Positions 36,934 through 49,292 of a stretch of DNA of 64,000 nucleotides are shown here, piece by piece. The stretch comes from Octopus sinensis (lineage: Eukaryota): contig NC_043025.1 in assembly GCF_006345805.1 (NCBI RefSeq), forward strand, positions 15,934,001 to 15,998,000. The letters run 5' to 3'. Position 1 is the stretch's first letter; every line of letters begins with the position of its first letter. The translations under genes and the position numbers were made by a program. The notes beneath the pieces were generated by a model. It searched no databases. It was not told where the DNA came from and worked only from the letters and a program-made list of their open reading frames with translations.

Positions 36934-37321
36934 GGAGGCGCAATGGCCCAGTGGTTAGGGCAGCGGACTCGCGGTCATAGGATCGCGGTTTCGATTCCCA
37001 GACCGAGTGTTGTGAGTGTTTATTGAGCGAAAAAACACCTAAAGCTCCACGAGGCTCCGGCAGGGGATGGTGGCGACCCCTGCTGTACTCTTTCACCACA
37101 ACTTTCTCTCACTCATACTTCCTGTTTCTGTTGTACCTGTATTTCAAAGGGCCGGCCTTGTCACTCTCTGTGTCACGCTGAATATCCCCGAGAACTACGT
37201 TAAGGGTACACGTGTCTGTGGAGTGCTCAGCCACTTACACGTTAATTTCACGAGCAGGCTGTTCCGTTGATTCGGATCAACCGGAACCCTCGTCATCATA
37301 ACCGACGGAGTGCTTCCATCC
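36934..37321 (+). mobile_element. tRNA(Arg)-like SINE C with a 16-bp TSD
   Basis: TGGCCCAGTGGTTAGG A box, GTTTCGATTCCC B box; TSD atcatctaacatctgt (36918-33, 37322-37). Other copies 42889-43262, 55293-55672, partial 58425-58560. Confidence 0.85.
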
Positions 37322-38644
37322 ATCATCTAACATCTGTTTTTCCATGCTGGCATGGGTTGGAGGGTCCGATTCCAACTAGTAAGTCGGAAGACTACACCAA
37401 TCGTTGTTGTCTGGTTTGGCATGGTTTCTACGGCTGGATGTCCTTCCTAATGCCAACCCCTTTACTGAGTATTTACTGGGTGTTTTCTTTATGTGGCACC
37501 AGTAGCAGTGAGATGAAGCAACCTAGAAGATAACAGTCCTTCAACTAAGCCATGTGGTTTCGATTTCCATCCCTCAGTGCAGCAGCTTGGGCAAGCATCT
37601 TCTATAGCCCATAGCCAACCTAAGCCATGTGAGTAGATTTCGTAGGAGGAAGCTGGAGAAAAAAAGCCCCTGTCGTGTGTGTGTGTGTGTGTGTGTGATT
37701 AGCTGTGTGGTAAGAAGTTTGCTTCCCAACCACATTGTTCCAGGTTCAGTCCCATTATATGGTACCTTGGACAAATGTCTTCTACTATAGCCTTGGGCCC
37801 CTCTTGTCAGTGGATTTGGCAAATGGAAACTAAAAGAAGTCTGTTGAGTATATATGTGTGTGTGTGTGTTCTTGTATCTCTGTTTGTCCCTCAACATCAT
37901 TTGGACAGTGTTGGGTGTTTATGTCCCTGTCACTTAACGGTTCAACAGTAAGAGACTGATGGAATAAGAACCAGGCATTAAAAATTAATACTTTGATTGA
38001 TTTATTTGATGAAGACCTTCAAGGTGCAGTGCTCCAGCATGACCACAGCCCAAAGGTGAAAAAGGAAAAATCTCTGTTTATCAATTTATTATTCCTAGAG
38101 AAGAATGCTGTTGATGGTAACTAAGCTATCGTTGTTCTGTCTCTTTATCTACCTATAAACACACGCACACACACACACACATACACAGACCTGCACGCAC
38201 GCACATATCCACACTTACACACACACACCCCCTCTTGCACTCTCCTGTCTTTGAAAGAACTTTTCTTCACCCATTTCCTTCTGGTCATTCAAAATGTGAC
38301 TAGGTGTGTATTGTTGGCGATTTTTTTTTCCTCCACCTTCCCTTCTTTGGATCTTTTTTTTTCCTATGTTTCTGACGAAGAGCTCTGCTCAAAATGTTAA
38401 GCCCTCCTTCTTTCCTGAGCGTCCAATAACACTATACTTGTTCCATGTCCTCGCGTTCTTGTGTTTTCTCTTTGTGTTTTCATGTTTGGATTAACTATAT
38501 ATCTATCTATCTATCTATCTATATATATATATATATATATATACAATTAAGGGCTCCTAAATAAAGATGCCGAGTGCTGGGAACACAAAAAGGGGATGAA
38601 TTTATCGAGAGTGAAAATCAAAAACGTTTACCGATAACTTTAAC

Positions 38645-38720
38645 AACTCGTACCGCGGTTTCTGCTTCTTTCTAGCAAAACACAGAATATGTTTGCTAAG
38701 GCCAGCTTCATCAGCGAGTC
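38645..38720 (-). ncRNA. Type I hammerhead ribozyme (copy 1)
   Basis: GACTCG-CTGATGA-[A GCT...TAGCAAA...TTTGCTA...AGC A]-GAAA-CCGCGG-TA/CGAGTT; 6-bp helix I, palindromic helix III ACCGCGGT; helix II closes with A.A. Confidence 0.72.
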
Positions 38721-39098
38721 GCCTGAATTTAATCGAGGTCTGCAGCGATGTGGGACTATATGTTACACCCGACTACTAGCAGATCTTAACTTTTCAAATC
38801 TCTGCGCAGACGCAAAATTTACACGGGCATGCCGGGAAGAATTTTACGAATAAATTCATCATGTAGTATGCGAATATAAACAAGAAGGGTAGTAATATTA
38901 TTAATATTATTTACTACCAGGTGCCCAGCACAAAAGACGAATTAGTCATAAGACAAAAATATTATTCATATAGAAAAATATTATTCATGTAGTTATACAA
39001 TTAAGGGCTCCTAAATAAAGATGCCGAGTGCTGGGAACACAAAAAGGGGATGAATTTATCGAGAGTGAAAATCAAAAACGTTTACCGATAACTTTAAC

Positions 39099-39174
39099 AA
39101 CTCGTACCGCGGTTTCTGCTTCTTTCTAGCAAAACACAGAATATGTTTGCTAAGGCCAGCTTCATCAGCGAGTC
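39099..39174 (-). ncRNA. Type I hammerhead ribozyme (copy 2)
   Basis: Identical to 38645-38720 at +454. Confidence 0.72.
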
Positions 39175-39601
39175 GCCTGAATTTAATCGAGGTCTGCAGC
39201 GATGTGGGACTATATGTTACACCCGACGGAGCTGTGTAAGGGAAATTCACTCCTTATTTCTTCTATTCTAAAAGCAGTGGGGGTTTCCCCCAAAATATCA
39301 CATTCGATGCTTTTAATAAAAACAAATGTAAGTTTGTATATATATTCTTTTATTCTTTTAGTCATTTGACTGTGGCCATGCTGGAGCACTGCCTTTAAGG
39401 GTGTTAGTCAAAGAAATCGACCCTGGAACTTATTCTCTGTAAGCTTAGTGTGTATTTGATCAGGGTCTTTTGCTGAACTGCTAAGCTACAGGGATGTAAA
39501 CACACCAACATCGGTTGTCAAACGATGGTGGAGGGACAAACACAATCACACACCCAAACTTATATATATATATAATATATATATATATATTTTATATATA
39601 T

Positions 39602-40552
39602 TGTTACGGGACCCCCCTCGAACGAAAGCTGTTACGGAATCCCTCACACAGGCCCGATCAATCAGCGAATGTTCGCCACGGAAACTCAGAGAGGAGAGAG
39701 ATACAACAACTACAACAGCAGCAGGAAGAGACACGGAGGCAATCGAGAGAGAGACACAAAGAAACACAGCGGAAGGCAATTGGCCTACGTTTAACGTACT
39801 AGTTTATATGACTATTACAACATCAAATACATATCAGATACATCAAAGAGGAAATACATGCAAGTAACAACACATCAAGTGCAATAACAACAGCATTTAA
39901 AGATACATCAGATATATCAAAGAAGGAGAATCAACAGCATGCAGATGCAATATAACAACAGTTCTGTTTCAAATCACATTAACGTTACAGTTCAAAGGAC
40001 ATTAAAGGCATATACAGTTCAATGTTCATTAAAGACTACAACAGAGTCTCTCTCTTTCTTTAACAGTTCTGTAACACATATCAACACATATCAACACAGT
40101 TCACATTGTTCTTTTTACTGTCTCATTTCTTTTTCAGCCTTTATAACACATCGACAAGTCCTTTACTCAATTCACATATCAATACAACAATTCACGTACC
40201 GTTACAGTTCCTACTATAATAACTGTGCCTTCCCTCCGCCGTAATCTCTCTCCATCGCCGCTTAGTCCTATGTGCATGTCTTCCTCAGCCCCTCATCCTC
40301 TCACTCTACTGTCATCTCTCATGACAAGCTCCCAACTACTGACTGCTCGCCTTGAATCCCAAATGCTGACTGTCTCTCACACTCACAAACTGAACTGCTT
40401 ATTTTAAGGGGGCAGCCCTCAAATGAACCCTAATTCACCTGAAAGGGTCGGGGAGTTTCCCCAGAGCTAATTAATCAACCCGCATCTGGCAGAACAATGG
40501 ATTCATTCCAAAGTTGGTCGCAACCAACTCTGTCCTAAGTTGAACCACAACA
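39602..40552. mobile_element. Solo LTR (951 bp), probably Ty3/Gypsy-type
   Basis: TGTT...AACA termini, ATAT on both sides (4-bp TSD), inserted in (TA)n, non-coding. Confidence 0.7.
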
Positions 40553-40609
40553 ATATATTATTATAATATATATATATATATATATTATATATATACTATA
40601 TATATATAT

Positions 40610-40641
<32 letters not shown>

Positions 40642-41044
40642 AATATATATTATAATATATATTATATTATATATATATATATAATATTATATATATATAT
40701 ATATATTATATATAATATATATATTATATATATTATATATATTATATAATATATATATATTATATATATATGGCACGTAAAAGCACCATCCGTTCGTGGC
40801 CGTTTGCCAGCTCTGTCTGGCACCTGTGTGGGTGGCACGTAAAAGCACCCACTACACTCACGGAGTGGTTTGGAAGGGCATCCAGCCATAGAAACACTGC
40901 CAGATCTGACTGGGCCTGATGAAGCCTTCCGGCTTCACAGACCCCAGTTGAACCGTCCAACCCATGCCAGCATGGAAAACGGACGCTAAATGATGATGAT
41001 GATTATATATATTATATATATATATTATATATATATATATATAT

Positions 41045-41231
41045 TATATATATAGAGGGCATAATTATACATACATGCCAGGAGGCATTATATATACTTG
41101 CCAAACGCTAAGAGGGACAATCAGTCATTTCTACCATTTTGGTAGAAATGACTGATTGTCCCTCTTAGCGTTTGGCAAGTATATATAATGCCTCCTGGCA
41201 TGTATGTATAATTATGCCCTCTATATATAAT
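41045..41231. repeat. Perfect palindrome: 92-bp arms, 3-nt TTT loop
   Basis: 41045-41136 is the exact reverse complement of 41140-41231. Confidence 0.95.
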
Positions 41232-41351
41232 TAATATGTTCAATAAGAAATAATTATTTTCGAAATTTTTTCTCTTATGAGGTTTTTACGCTATCTACCT
41301 GACAATTTCTTGTTAAGTTTTCCTTATTAAGTAGTTGTCCTTAATTGCAAA

Positions 41352-41396
<45 letters not shown>

Positions 41397-41882
41397 GTTT
41401 CTTCTGGTTTTCGTCTACCAAATCCATTCACAGGGCTTTGGTTGGCCCAAAGCTATAGTAGAAGACACTTGCTCAAAGTGCTGCACAGTGGGACTGAACC
41501 TGGAACCATCTGGTTGGGAAGCAAGCTTCTTACCACACAACCATGCTTGTGCATATATATATATGTCTTGCAAACAAAAAATATATATATATATGTATGT
41601 ATGTATATTGTTGAAATTTACAGAAAAACAAAAGACGAAGAGAGGTATACCAGTTCAAAATTTTTCTTTTAAGACAGTGGATTATATAGTTTGATGTAAT
41701 TTATGAATCCATCAGTAAAATTGTGCTGAACCCCATTTTGGTTCCCTTTTTCTTTTCTTTCTAGCTACACCAGACCTAGAACCAGCCCCGAGTCATATTT
41801 ATGGTTTAACTTGGATTTAACACTTACATATCTACATTATCCTACCAAAACCTTATACATTCATGATTGTTTCACCTCTGTG

Positions 41883-42304
41883 AAAGGCGGCGAGCTGGCA
41901 GAAACGTTAGCACGCCGGGCGAAATGCTTAGCGGTATTTCGTCTGCCGTTACGTTGTGAGTTCAAATTCCGCCGAGGTCGACTTTGCCTTTCATCCTTTC
42001 GGGGTCGATAAAACTAAGTACCAGTTACGCACTGGGGTCGATGTAATCGATTTAATACCTATGTCTGTCCGTGTTTGTCCCCTCTGTGTTTAGCCCCTTG
42101 GGGGTAGCAAAGAAATAGGTATTTCGTCTGTCGTTACGTTGTGAGTTCAAATTCCGCCTAGGTCGACTTTGCCTTTCATCCTTTCGGGGTCGATAAAACT
42201 AAGTACCAGTTACGCACTGGGGTCGATGTAATCGACTTAATACCTATGTCTGTCCGTGTTTGTCCCCTCTGTGTTTAGCCCCTTGTGGGTAGTAAAGAAA
42301 TAGG
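41883..42304 (+). mobile_element. Dimeric tRNA-derived SINE A inside a single 16-bp TSD
   Basis: A full unit plus a 5'-truncated unit; TSD ttgtttcacctctgtg at 41867-82 and 42305-20. Monomers at 42637-42866 and 63836-64000. Confidence 0.85.
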
Positions 42305-43366
42305 TTGTTTCACCTCTGTGTTATTGTGCCTAGCTATTACAAGCACCCTACATGTTGATGTGCCTAGATTCTTTTGAATCCTATAATTAATCTATATTTG
42401 TGTGTGTGTGTAACATATATTGATTCTATGTCAACTTTGCCAGTGTTTACATCTTGCTGTGTTACTAAGGTGTTTGCGTTTGGTTGTTACTGTTTCGTTA
42501 GTGTATTTGTGTGTGTGTGTGTGTGTGTATTTATATGTAATCTGTACATGCTTGTATGTCTATGTGGATGTGTGTATGTATGTATGTATTTATATGTCTG
42601 TATTTGCTTGTATGTCTATACGTGTATGTAATATAAGGCGGCGACCTGGCAGAAACGTTAGCACGCCGGGCGAAATGCGTAGCCGTATTTCGTCTGCCGC
42701 TACGTTCTGGGTTCAATTTCTGCTGAGGTCGACTTTGCCTTTCATCCTTTCGGGGTCGATAAATTAAGTACCAGTTACGCACTGGGGTTGATGTAATCGA
42801 CTTAATCCGTTTGTCTGTCCTTGTTTGTCCCCTCTGTGTTTAGCCCCTTGTGAGTAGTAAAGAAATATATACATGTATGTATTTGTGTGGAGGCACAATG
42901 GCCCAGTGGTGAGGGCATTAGACTTCCAGTCATGGGATCACAGTTTCAATTCCCGGATCGGGTGTTGTGAGTGTTTATTGAGCGAAAACATCCAAAGCTC
43001 TATGAGGCTCTGGCAGGGGCTGGTGGCGACCCCTGCTGTACTCTTTCGCCGCACCTTTCTCTCACTCTTCCTTCCCGTTTCTGTTGTACCTGTATTTCAA
43101 AGGCCTTGTCACACGCTGTGTCAGGCTGAATCTTCCCAAGAACTACGTTAAGGGTGCACATTCCTGTGGAACGCTCAGCCACTTGCATGTTAATTTCATG
43201 AGCAGGCTGTTCCATTGATCGGATCAACCGGAACCCTCGTCATTGTAATCGACGGAGTGCCACGATGTATTTATGTAAACGTATTTGTGTATATGAATGT
43301 TTGTATATATGCATGTCTATGTAAGTGTATGCATGTATATATATGTATTTATATGTGTGTGTGAGT

Positions 43367-43884
43367 ATATATATATATATAAATGGCAGTTTGTGTGTCT
43401 GTGTGTCTGTCAGGTTGTACCCTCACCCTAACCACGGCTTTCAACCGATTCTGATGAAACTTGACACACACATAGCCCAATGTCATAATTCAAAACTAAC
43501 ACAGCGAAAATTTTGAAAAGTTCCCCCAGTTCTGAAAAAAATCGATAAATTCGACATGGAGTCGAGAATCTAAGCTTTTTATTTGCAACACATTTTCTGT
43601 TGTAGTTTTCACAACTTGCAATCGATTTTCAGCAAACTCATGGGGAAGCTTAATGTTACCCTAAGAAACTTAATTCTGACATTAGTTTTCCATGCAATAC
43701 CTTACCATCAGAAAAAATCGATAAAATCATGCCATTTTGGGAAATCGCGTTCAAATTCAAGATGACATATTTTCGACAATATCTTTCACAAATTGGCAGG
43801 AATTTCTTTCTTAAATTCACAGCAAGCATCATGTCTGCTCCAGGGGCTCTTACATACCCGGGCAATGCCGGGCTATGCTGCTAG
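43367..43884 (+). mobile_element. Non-autonomous Helitron-like element, family 2 (related copy 57297-57667, -)
   Basis: Subterminal hairpin cccgg..ccggg, CTAG|T 3' end; shared 5' block with the 57-kb copy. Confidence 0.7.
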
Positions 43885-45548
43885 TATATATATATATATC
43901 ATTTATTGTATACTTGTATCAGTAATGGAACTGTGGCCATGCTGGAGCATTGCTTGGAAGGGTTTTTGTTGAACAAATCAACCCTAGTACTAATATTTTT
44001 CGAAGCCTGGTACTTGTTCTGTTGCATTCTCTCTTGCAGAATTGCTAAGCTTTAAGGACATAAACAAACCGATACTGGTTGTCAAATGAATTGGTGGGTG
44101 GTGGTGGTGGGCTCTAATGCAAACACAAGGACACATGCACACACACACACACACATACACATACTTATGAATATGTGTCTGTGTATATATAAACACGTGT
44201 GTGTGTGTGTATGTATATGTTTATATATACATACACATGCTTATAAATAAACATACGCATGTATGTGTATGTATCTTGTTTAGTCATTTGACTGCGGCTA
44301 TACTGGGGTACCACCTTACTGAAGTGCTAGGTTACGGGGACATAAACACACCAGTATCAGTTGTCAAGCAGTGGTGAGGGACAAAGACACACACACATAT
44401 GACAGGCTTCTTTCAGTTTCCGTGTACCAAAACCACTCAAGGCTTTGGTTAATCTGAAGCTGTAATAGAAGAGCCTTGCCCAAGGTGCCATGCAGTGGGG
44501 TTGAACCTGGAACCATGTGGTTGAGAAGCAAACTTCTTACCACACAGCCACTCTTACACTTGTGTGTGTCTGTGTTGGTTCCCCTTCACCACCTGATAAC
44601 CAGTGTTTGTGTGTTTACATCCCCGTTACTTAGTGGTTCAGCAAAACAGACTGATAGATTAAATACCAGGCTTAGGAAAAATAAGTAATGTGGTTAATTT
44701 ATTTGATCAAAAATTATTCAAGGCAGTGCCCCAGCATGGCCACAGTCTGATGACTGAAACCAGCAAAACATGGTTTGTCATGACTGAGTAATCTGCATAT
44801 AAGATCAAAAGCAGTTCAGCCATGCCCACCCCATAAAATGGAAGTATGTCTGTCTCATAGAATACTTTGCTGACTGGGATCTAGTTTTTTTTCATTCGCA
44901 AAATGAGCCCCTTTCAGTTTCGCTCAGATTGCTTTTCATTTTAGGGTATCGATGCAACTTTGAATTTAGATTACGATCAACCAATTACTTTATCTCGTTA
45001 ATTAAAGGATCTGATGTTATTTGGAATTAAAGTTGGGAAATTTGGGTAATTTTAGCCAATCAACAGACAGCGAGGCATTAACAGCTTGTTACCATGACGA
45101 CCGCACCTTGTGTTGTGTTCCACCCACACGTGTTGTGTTGATTTTTCAAACCATCAGATTTACTTCACCTGTGTGTTTTGCAGGCACAATTCCAAAATAA
45201 TGTCAAATTATCTGTATTAAGTTCACATATTCCATTCACCTTCATAATGCCAAGAAACTGTATATATATACATACATATCATCATCATCATCATCATCGT
45301 TTAACGTCCGTTCTCCATGCTAGCATGGGTTGGACGGTTCGACCGGGGATCTGGGAAGCCAGAAGGCTGCACCAGGCTCCAGTCTTATCTGGCAATGTTT
45401 CTACAGCTGGATGCCCTTCCTAACGCCAACCACTCCGAGAGTGTAGTGGGTGCTTTTTACGTGCCACCTGCACAGGTGCCAGGCGAGGCTGGCAACGGCC
45501 ACGGTCGGATTGGTGTATTTTATGTGCCACCGGTGCGGAAGCCAGTCG

Positions 45549-45581
<33 letters not shown>

Positions 45582-46792
45582 TACATACTCATATATAGAT
45601 ACACATACAGGAATGGCTGTGTGGTAAGTAGCTTGCTTACCAACCACCTGGTTCTGGATTCAGTCCCACTGCATGGCACCTTGGGCAAGTGTCTTCTACT
45701 ATAGCCTCGGGCCTTGTGAGTGGGTTTGGTAGATGGAAACTGAAAGAAGCCCGTCGTATATATGTATATATATATATATATATGCATGTGTGTGTATATG
45801 TTTGTGTATCTGTGTTTGTCCCCCCAACATCGCTCGACAACTGATGGTGGTGTGTTTATATCCCTGTAACTTAGCGGTTCTGCAAAAGAGACCGATAGAA
45901 TAAATACTAGGATTCCAAAGAATAAGTTCTGGGGTCAATTTGCTCGACTAAAGGTGGTGCTCCAGCATGGCCAGTCAAATGACTGAAACAAGAACAAGAG
46001 AGTATTTATCAATTAGAAATTTACTAAAGATATTTTTTGTCAATTGTCTTAATATTTTACATATATGGCGGTGCCCCAGCATTGTAGTTTATAAACCCTT
46101 TCACACACGCACACACACACATATGTTAATGATGTACACAAATACATGACAGGTAATCATGATACTGAAATATGCATAAAGTAAACTCATGTAGACAAAT
46201 ATATTAATATAACAAATTAAAAATAAAACAATAAAAACATGCAATCAAGGAAGAAACAAAAGAAACAAAAGACGATCCATGTTGATTTTATTAGGTATTT
46301 TTGTTTATTTAGAAACATACAATGAACAGGTTATTTCACAGATGCTAAACTATAAATTTCACAGGGTACAACCTTAAAGTTGACTCCTCCACTAAATGCA
46401 GAAAATTCCTGTCTTGCTATTGGCTATAAATACACAGTTTTCTCGATTTTTAAACTTCTGTAACTTTTCCTCCAGTTTTTACAGTCTTTTAAAAAATGCA
46501 TATTTTGTGAACATAGAAAACTAGTTCCATTAATTAACTTTATACTTTTTACAAACACTGTATAATGTAATTTGAGTGGTAACTGTGTGGTATGTCTAGC
46601 ATATCAACTGACTACTTTTCCCAGAGGAAATTCTGGAGAAAGGGGTGAGCACTGTGTGAAAGCCTGGCAATAAATAATTCTCTCTCGCACTGATATTCCC
46701 AGCTTGTTGCTCTCTGACACTTTTTGTTATTCAAAGCATTTTATAATTGAAGAATTGTTTGTAATTTGATTTGTTCACAGTGAGGGGAGTTT

Positions 46793-46954
46793 GTATACTG
46801 AGCTTCCACTGTATGTATGTTCCACTGTATGTATGTATACTGAGGTTCCACTGTATGTATGTTCCACTGTATGTATGTTCCACTGTATGTATGTATACTG
46901 AGCTTCCACTGTATGTATGTTCCACTGTATGTATGTATACTGAGCTTCCACTGT
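46793..46954. repeat. Minisatellite of gtatactgagcttccactgtatgtatg-like units
   Basis: About 7 long and short units directly visible. Confidence 0.85.
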
Positions 46955-47586
46955 CTGTGTCTGTCTAATCACCATTATACAAATAAGAGGATAAGTATCT
47001 TCAATGAGCACTTGTCCTCTCCTTAACGCTATCTTCAGGTATGTTCAGTCTGACAAACGTGTTTATGGTTTACACACAGACACACACACACACACACACA
47101 GGTGATTCATAAGCACTTGACCTGATAGATAATTATAGTCAAGTGAATTTCTGTTCACAACATAAAAAGCAACAGCACGCACACACACACACACATACAC
47201 ACACACACACATCAATGGAAATTTTTATAAAGCATAAATACAAGAAAACTAGTGAAAACTGATAAAAGGATTCACTCAACCGTAAAATAAAATATTTTTA
47301 GCAATTTTTGTTTTTTGATGCTGACTGCATAGAATTTTATCTGCCTGTCTTTGTGCTTGAGTTTGGAAGTCTACTCGTGACCGAGTAAGACCACTTCCTA
47401 AAACGAGTAAAGCCCTGAAAACATGGCGCAGGAGTGGCTGTGTGGTAAGTAGCTTGCTAACCAACCACATGGTTCAGGGTTCAGTCCCACTGCTTGGCAC
47501 CTTGGGCAAGTGTCTTCTGCTATAGCCTTGGGCCGACCAAAGCCTTGTGAGTGGATTTGGTAGACGGAAACTGAAAGAAGCCTGTC

Positions 47587-47627
<41 letters not shown>

Positions 47628-48094
47628 TGTGTGTCTGTGTTTGTCCCCCTAGCATTGCTTGACAACCGATGCTGGTGTGGTTACGTCCCCGTCACTTAGC
47701 GGTTCGGCAAAAAAGAGACCGATAGAATAAGTACTGGGCTTACAAAAGAATAAGTCCCGGGGTTGATTTTCTCGACTAAAGGCGGTGCTCCAGCATGGCC
47801 GCAGTCAAATGACTGAAACAAGTAAAAGAGTAAAGAGTATTCCAAGAGTCCAAGATATTCTTGTGCAGGAATTTGTTTTGATTGGACGAAGCGTTGCACA
47901 CCATTGAACCCGCTTTTCAATGCAGTCAGCTGTAAAACCAGTGTCACAGCAGGGGTTGAGACGATCAGAAACCCCAACTGCACTTTAGCTTCTTTTTATA
48001 TGAGTTTACCTTTTCTTAGAAGGAAGTTCTCATGAGAACTGAATGTTTTTTACTCCCTGTGGTTCACATGCAAGTTAACCCATAGCTGGGGCCC

Positions 48095-48480
48095 TAAGAG
48101 ATGCTGATACTCCAGGTGAAAATAGATCCAGGAACAATAGGTTCCTCATTCCTGAAAACCTTAAAACATCCGAAGCAAGGCCCAACTGCTGGATATGACT
48201 TAAAATATGTATATATGCCTACGTGTATGTAAAATCTGCAAGATTTTGACATCACCTGGAAACTTCCATAGAACAGTGATATTGACAGGTTGTAGTTGAG
48301 AAGAGATGAAGTGGGTAGGGGCTTGAGACAACCCTCAAATGTTGTAAAGTCTTTCTCAAATATAACAGGACGGACATTGTTTGGAGCATACAAAAGGAAG
48401 TGTGTACCATCACAGAGGTCAGTTGTCCTGAATGTCTCTTTGAAAATCAATGGGTCAGAAGATTACTATGGCCAACTGCT
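48095..48480 (+). mobile_element. Old R4/Dong-like LINE fragment
   Basis: Degenerate SDIDRL*LRRDEVGRGL resembles the HPxxDVDRLYLPRxxGGRGL motif of RLE-type LINEs. Confidence 0.4.
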
Positions 48481-49210
48481 TTGAAACCTCTAGCTTCTCT
48501 ATCCACATCACAAATTTATATTTATACCAATAATAATTGGAGCATTTTGTTTTGTGAGTAAATGCCTAAGTGAGATTCTGGAAAAACGAGGGTTTTCAAA
48601 GAAATCAAGAAATCAGCTAATTTTCACATTCATCATCATCGTCATCATCGTTTAATGTTCGTTTTCTATGCTGGCATGGGTTGGACAGTTTGACTGGGGA
48701 CCGGCAAGCCAGGAGGCCGCACTGGGCTCCAATCTGATCGGGCAATGTTTCTACAGCTGGGTGCTTTTTGCATGCCACCAGCACGGGAGCCAGTCAAGCA
48801 GCATTGGCAATGACCCACAAATACAATTTATGAGTGGAACAATAAAAATATGCAAGACTTTTCTCAAGTTTGAAATGTAAATTTCTTTTCATTTTGCTAC
48901 CCTCCAACAATGGAGCTTTGTAGTTTTTTGTTAGAAATTAGCTCCTTTCTCAGAGGAAGACAGATTACAGATAATTAAGAACATATGTGAAAATGCATGA
49001 GTCCCTACATATCTATCTACTACCAACCTACATACATGCAGACGTACAAACAAATGTGCATATATATATATTTATCTTTGACTTGTTTCTGTCATTGGAC
49101 TGTGGCCATGTAGGGGCAACATCTTGAAGGGTTTTAGTCAAGCAAATTGAACCCAGCACTTATTTCTCTTAAAACTGGTACTTATTCTCTAAGTTATGGG
49201 GAAAAGATTT

Positions 49211-49292
49211 TTCCCCTGACGAAGGAGTAATTATCATGATGCACCCTTGTGCATTAAATACGGTGATGAACCCCTGAAATGGCCATAGAGAA
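49211..49292 (+). ncRNA. Type I hammerhead ribozyme at the 5' end of an AT-rich insertion (~49196-49833)
   Basis: TTCCC-CTGACGA-[AGG...ATGCAC/GTGCAT...CCT]-GAAA-TGGCCA-TA/GAGAA; palindromic helix III ATGGCCAT, AUA triplet, one mismatch in helix I. Confidence 0.62.

Larger units (their letters stand above)
38541..39227 (-). mobile_element. Retrozyme-like non-coding element: 233-bp direct repeats at a 454-bp period, each with a hammerhead
   Basis: 38541-38773 equals 38995-39227; no ORF; the 3' end abuts (TA)n. Confidence 0.78.

Noticed and set aside
36934-37005. tRNA gene
   Set aside because: tRNA-Arg-like head without a closing acceptor stem, continuous with a multi-copy SINE body and TSD.
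43445-43470. CTGATGA...AAAC motifs at 43451 and ~44750
   Set aside because: Parts of Helitron and SINE consensus sequences; no helix II/III.
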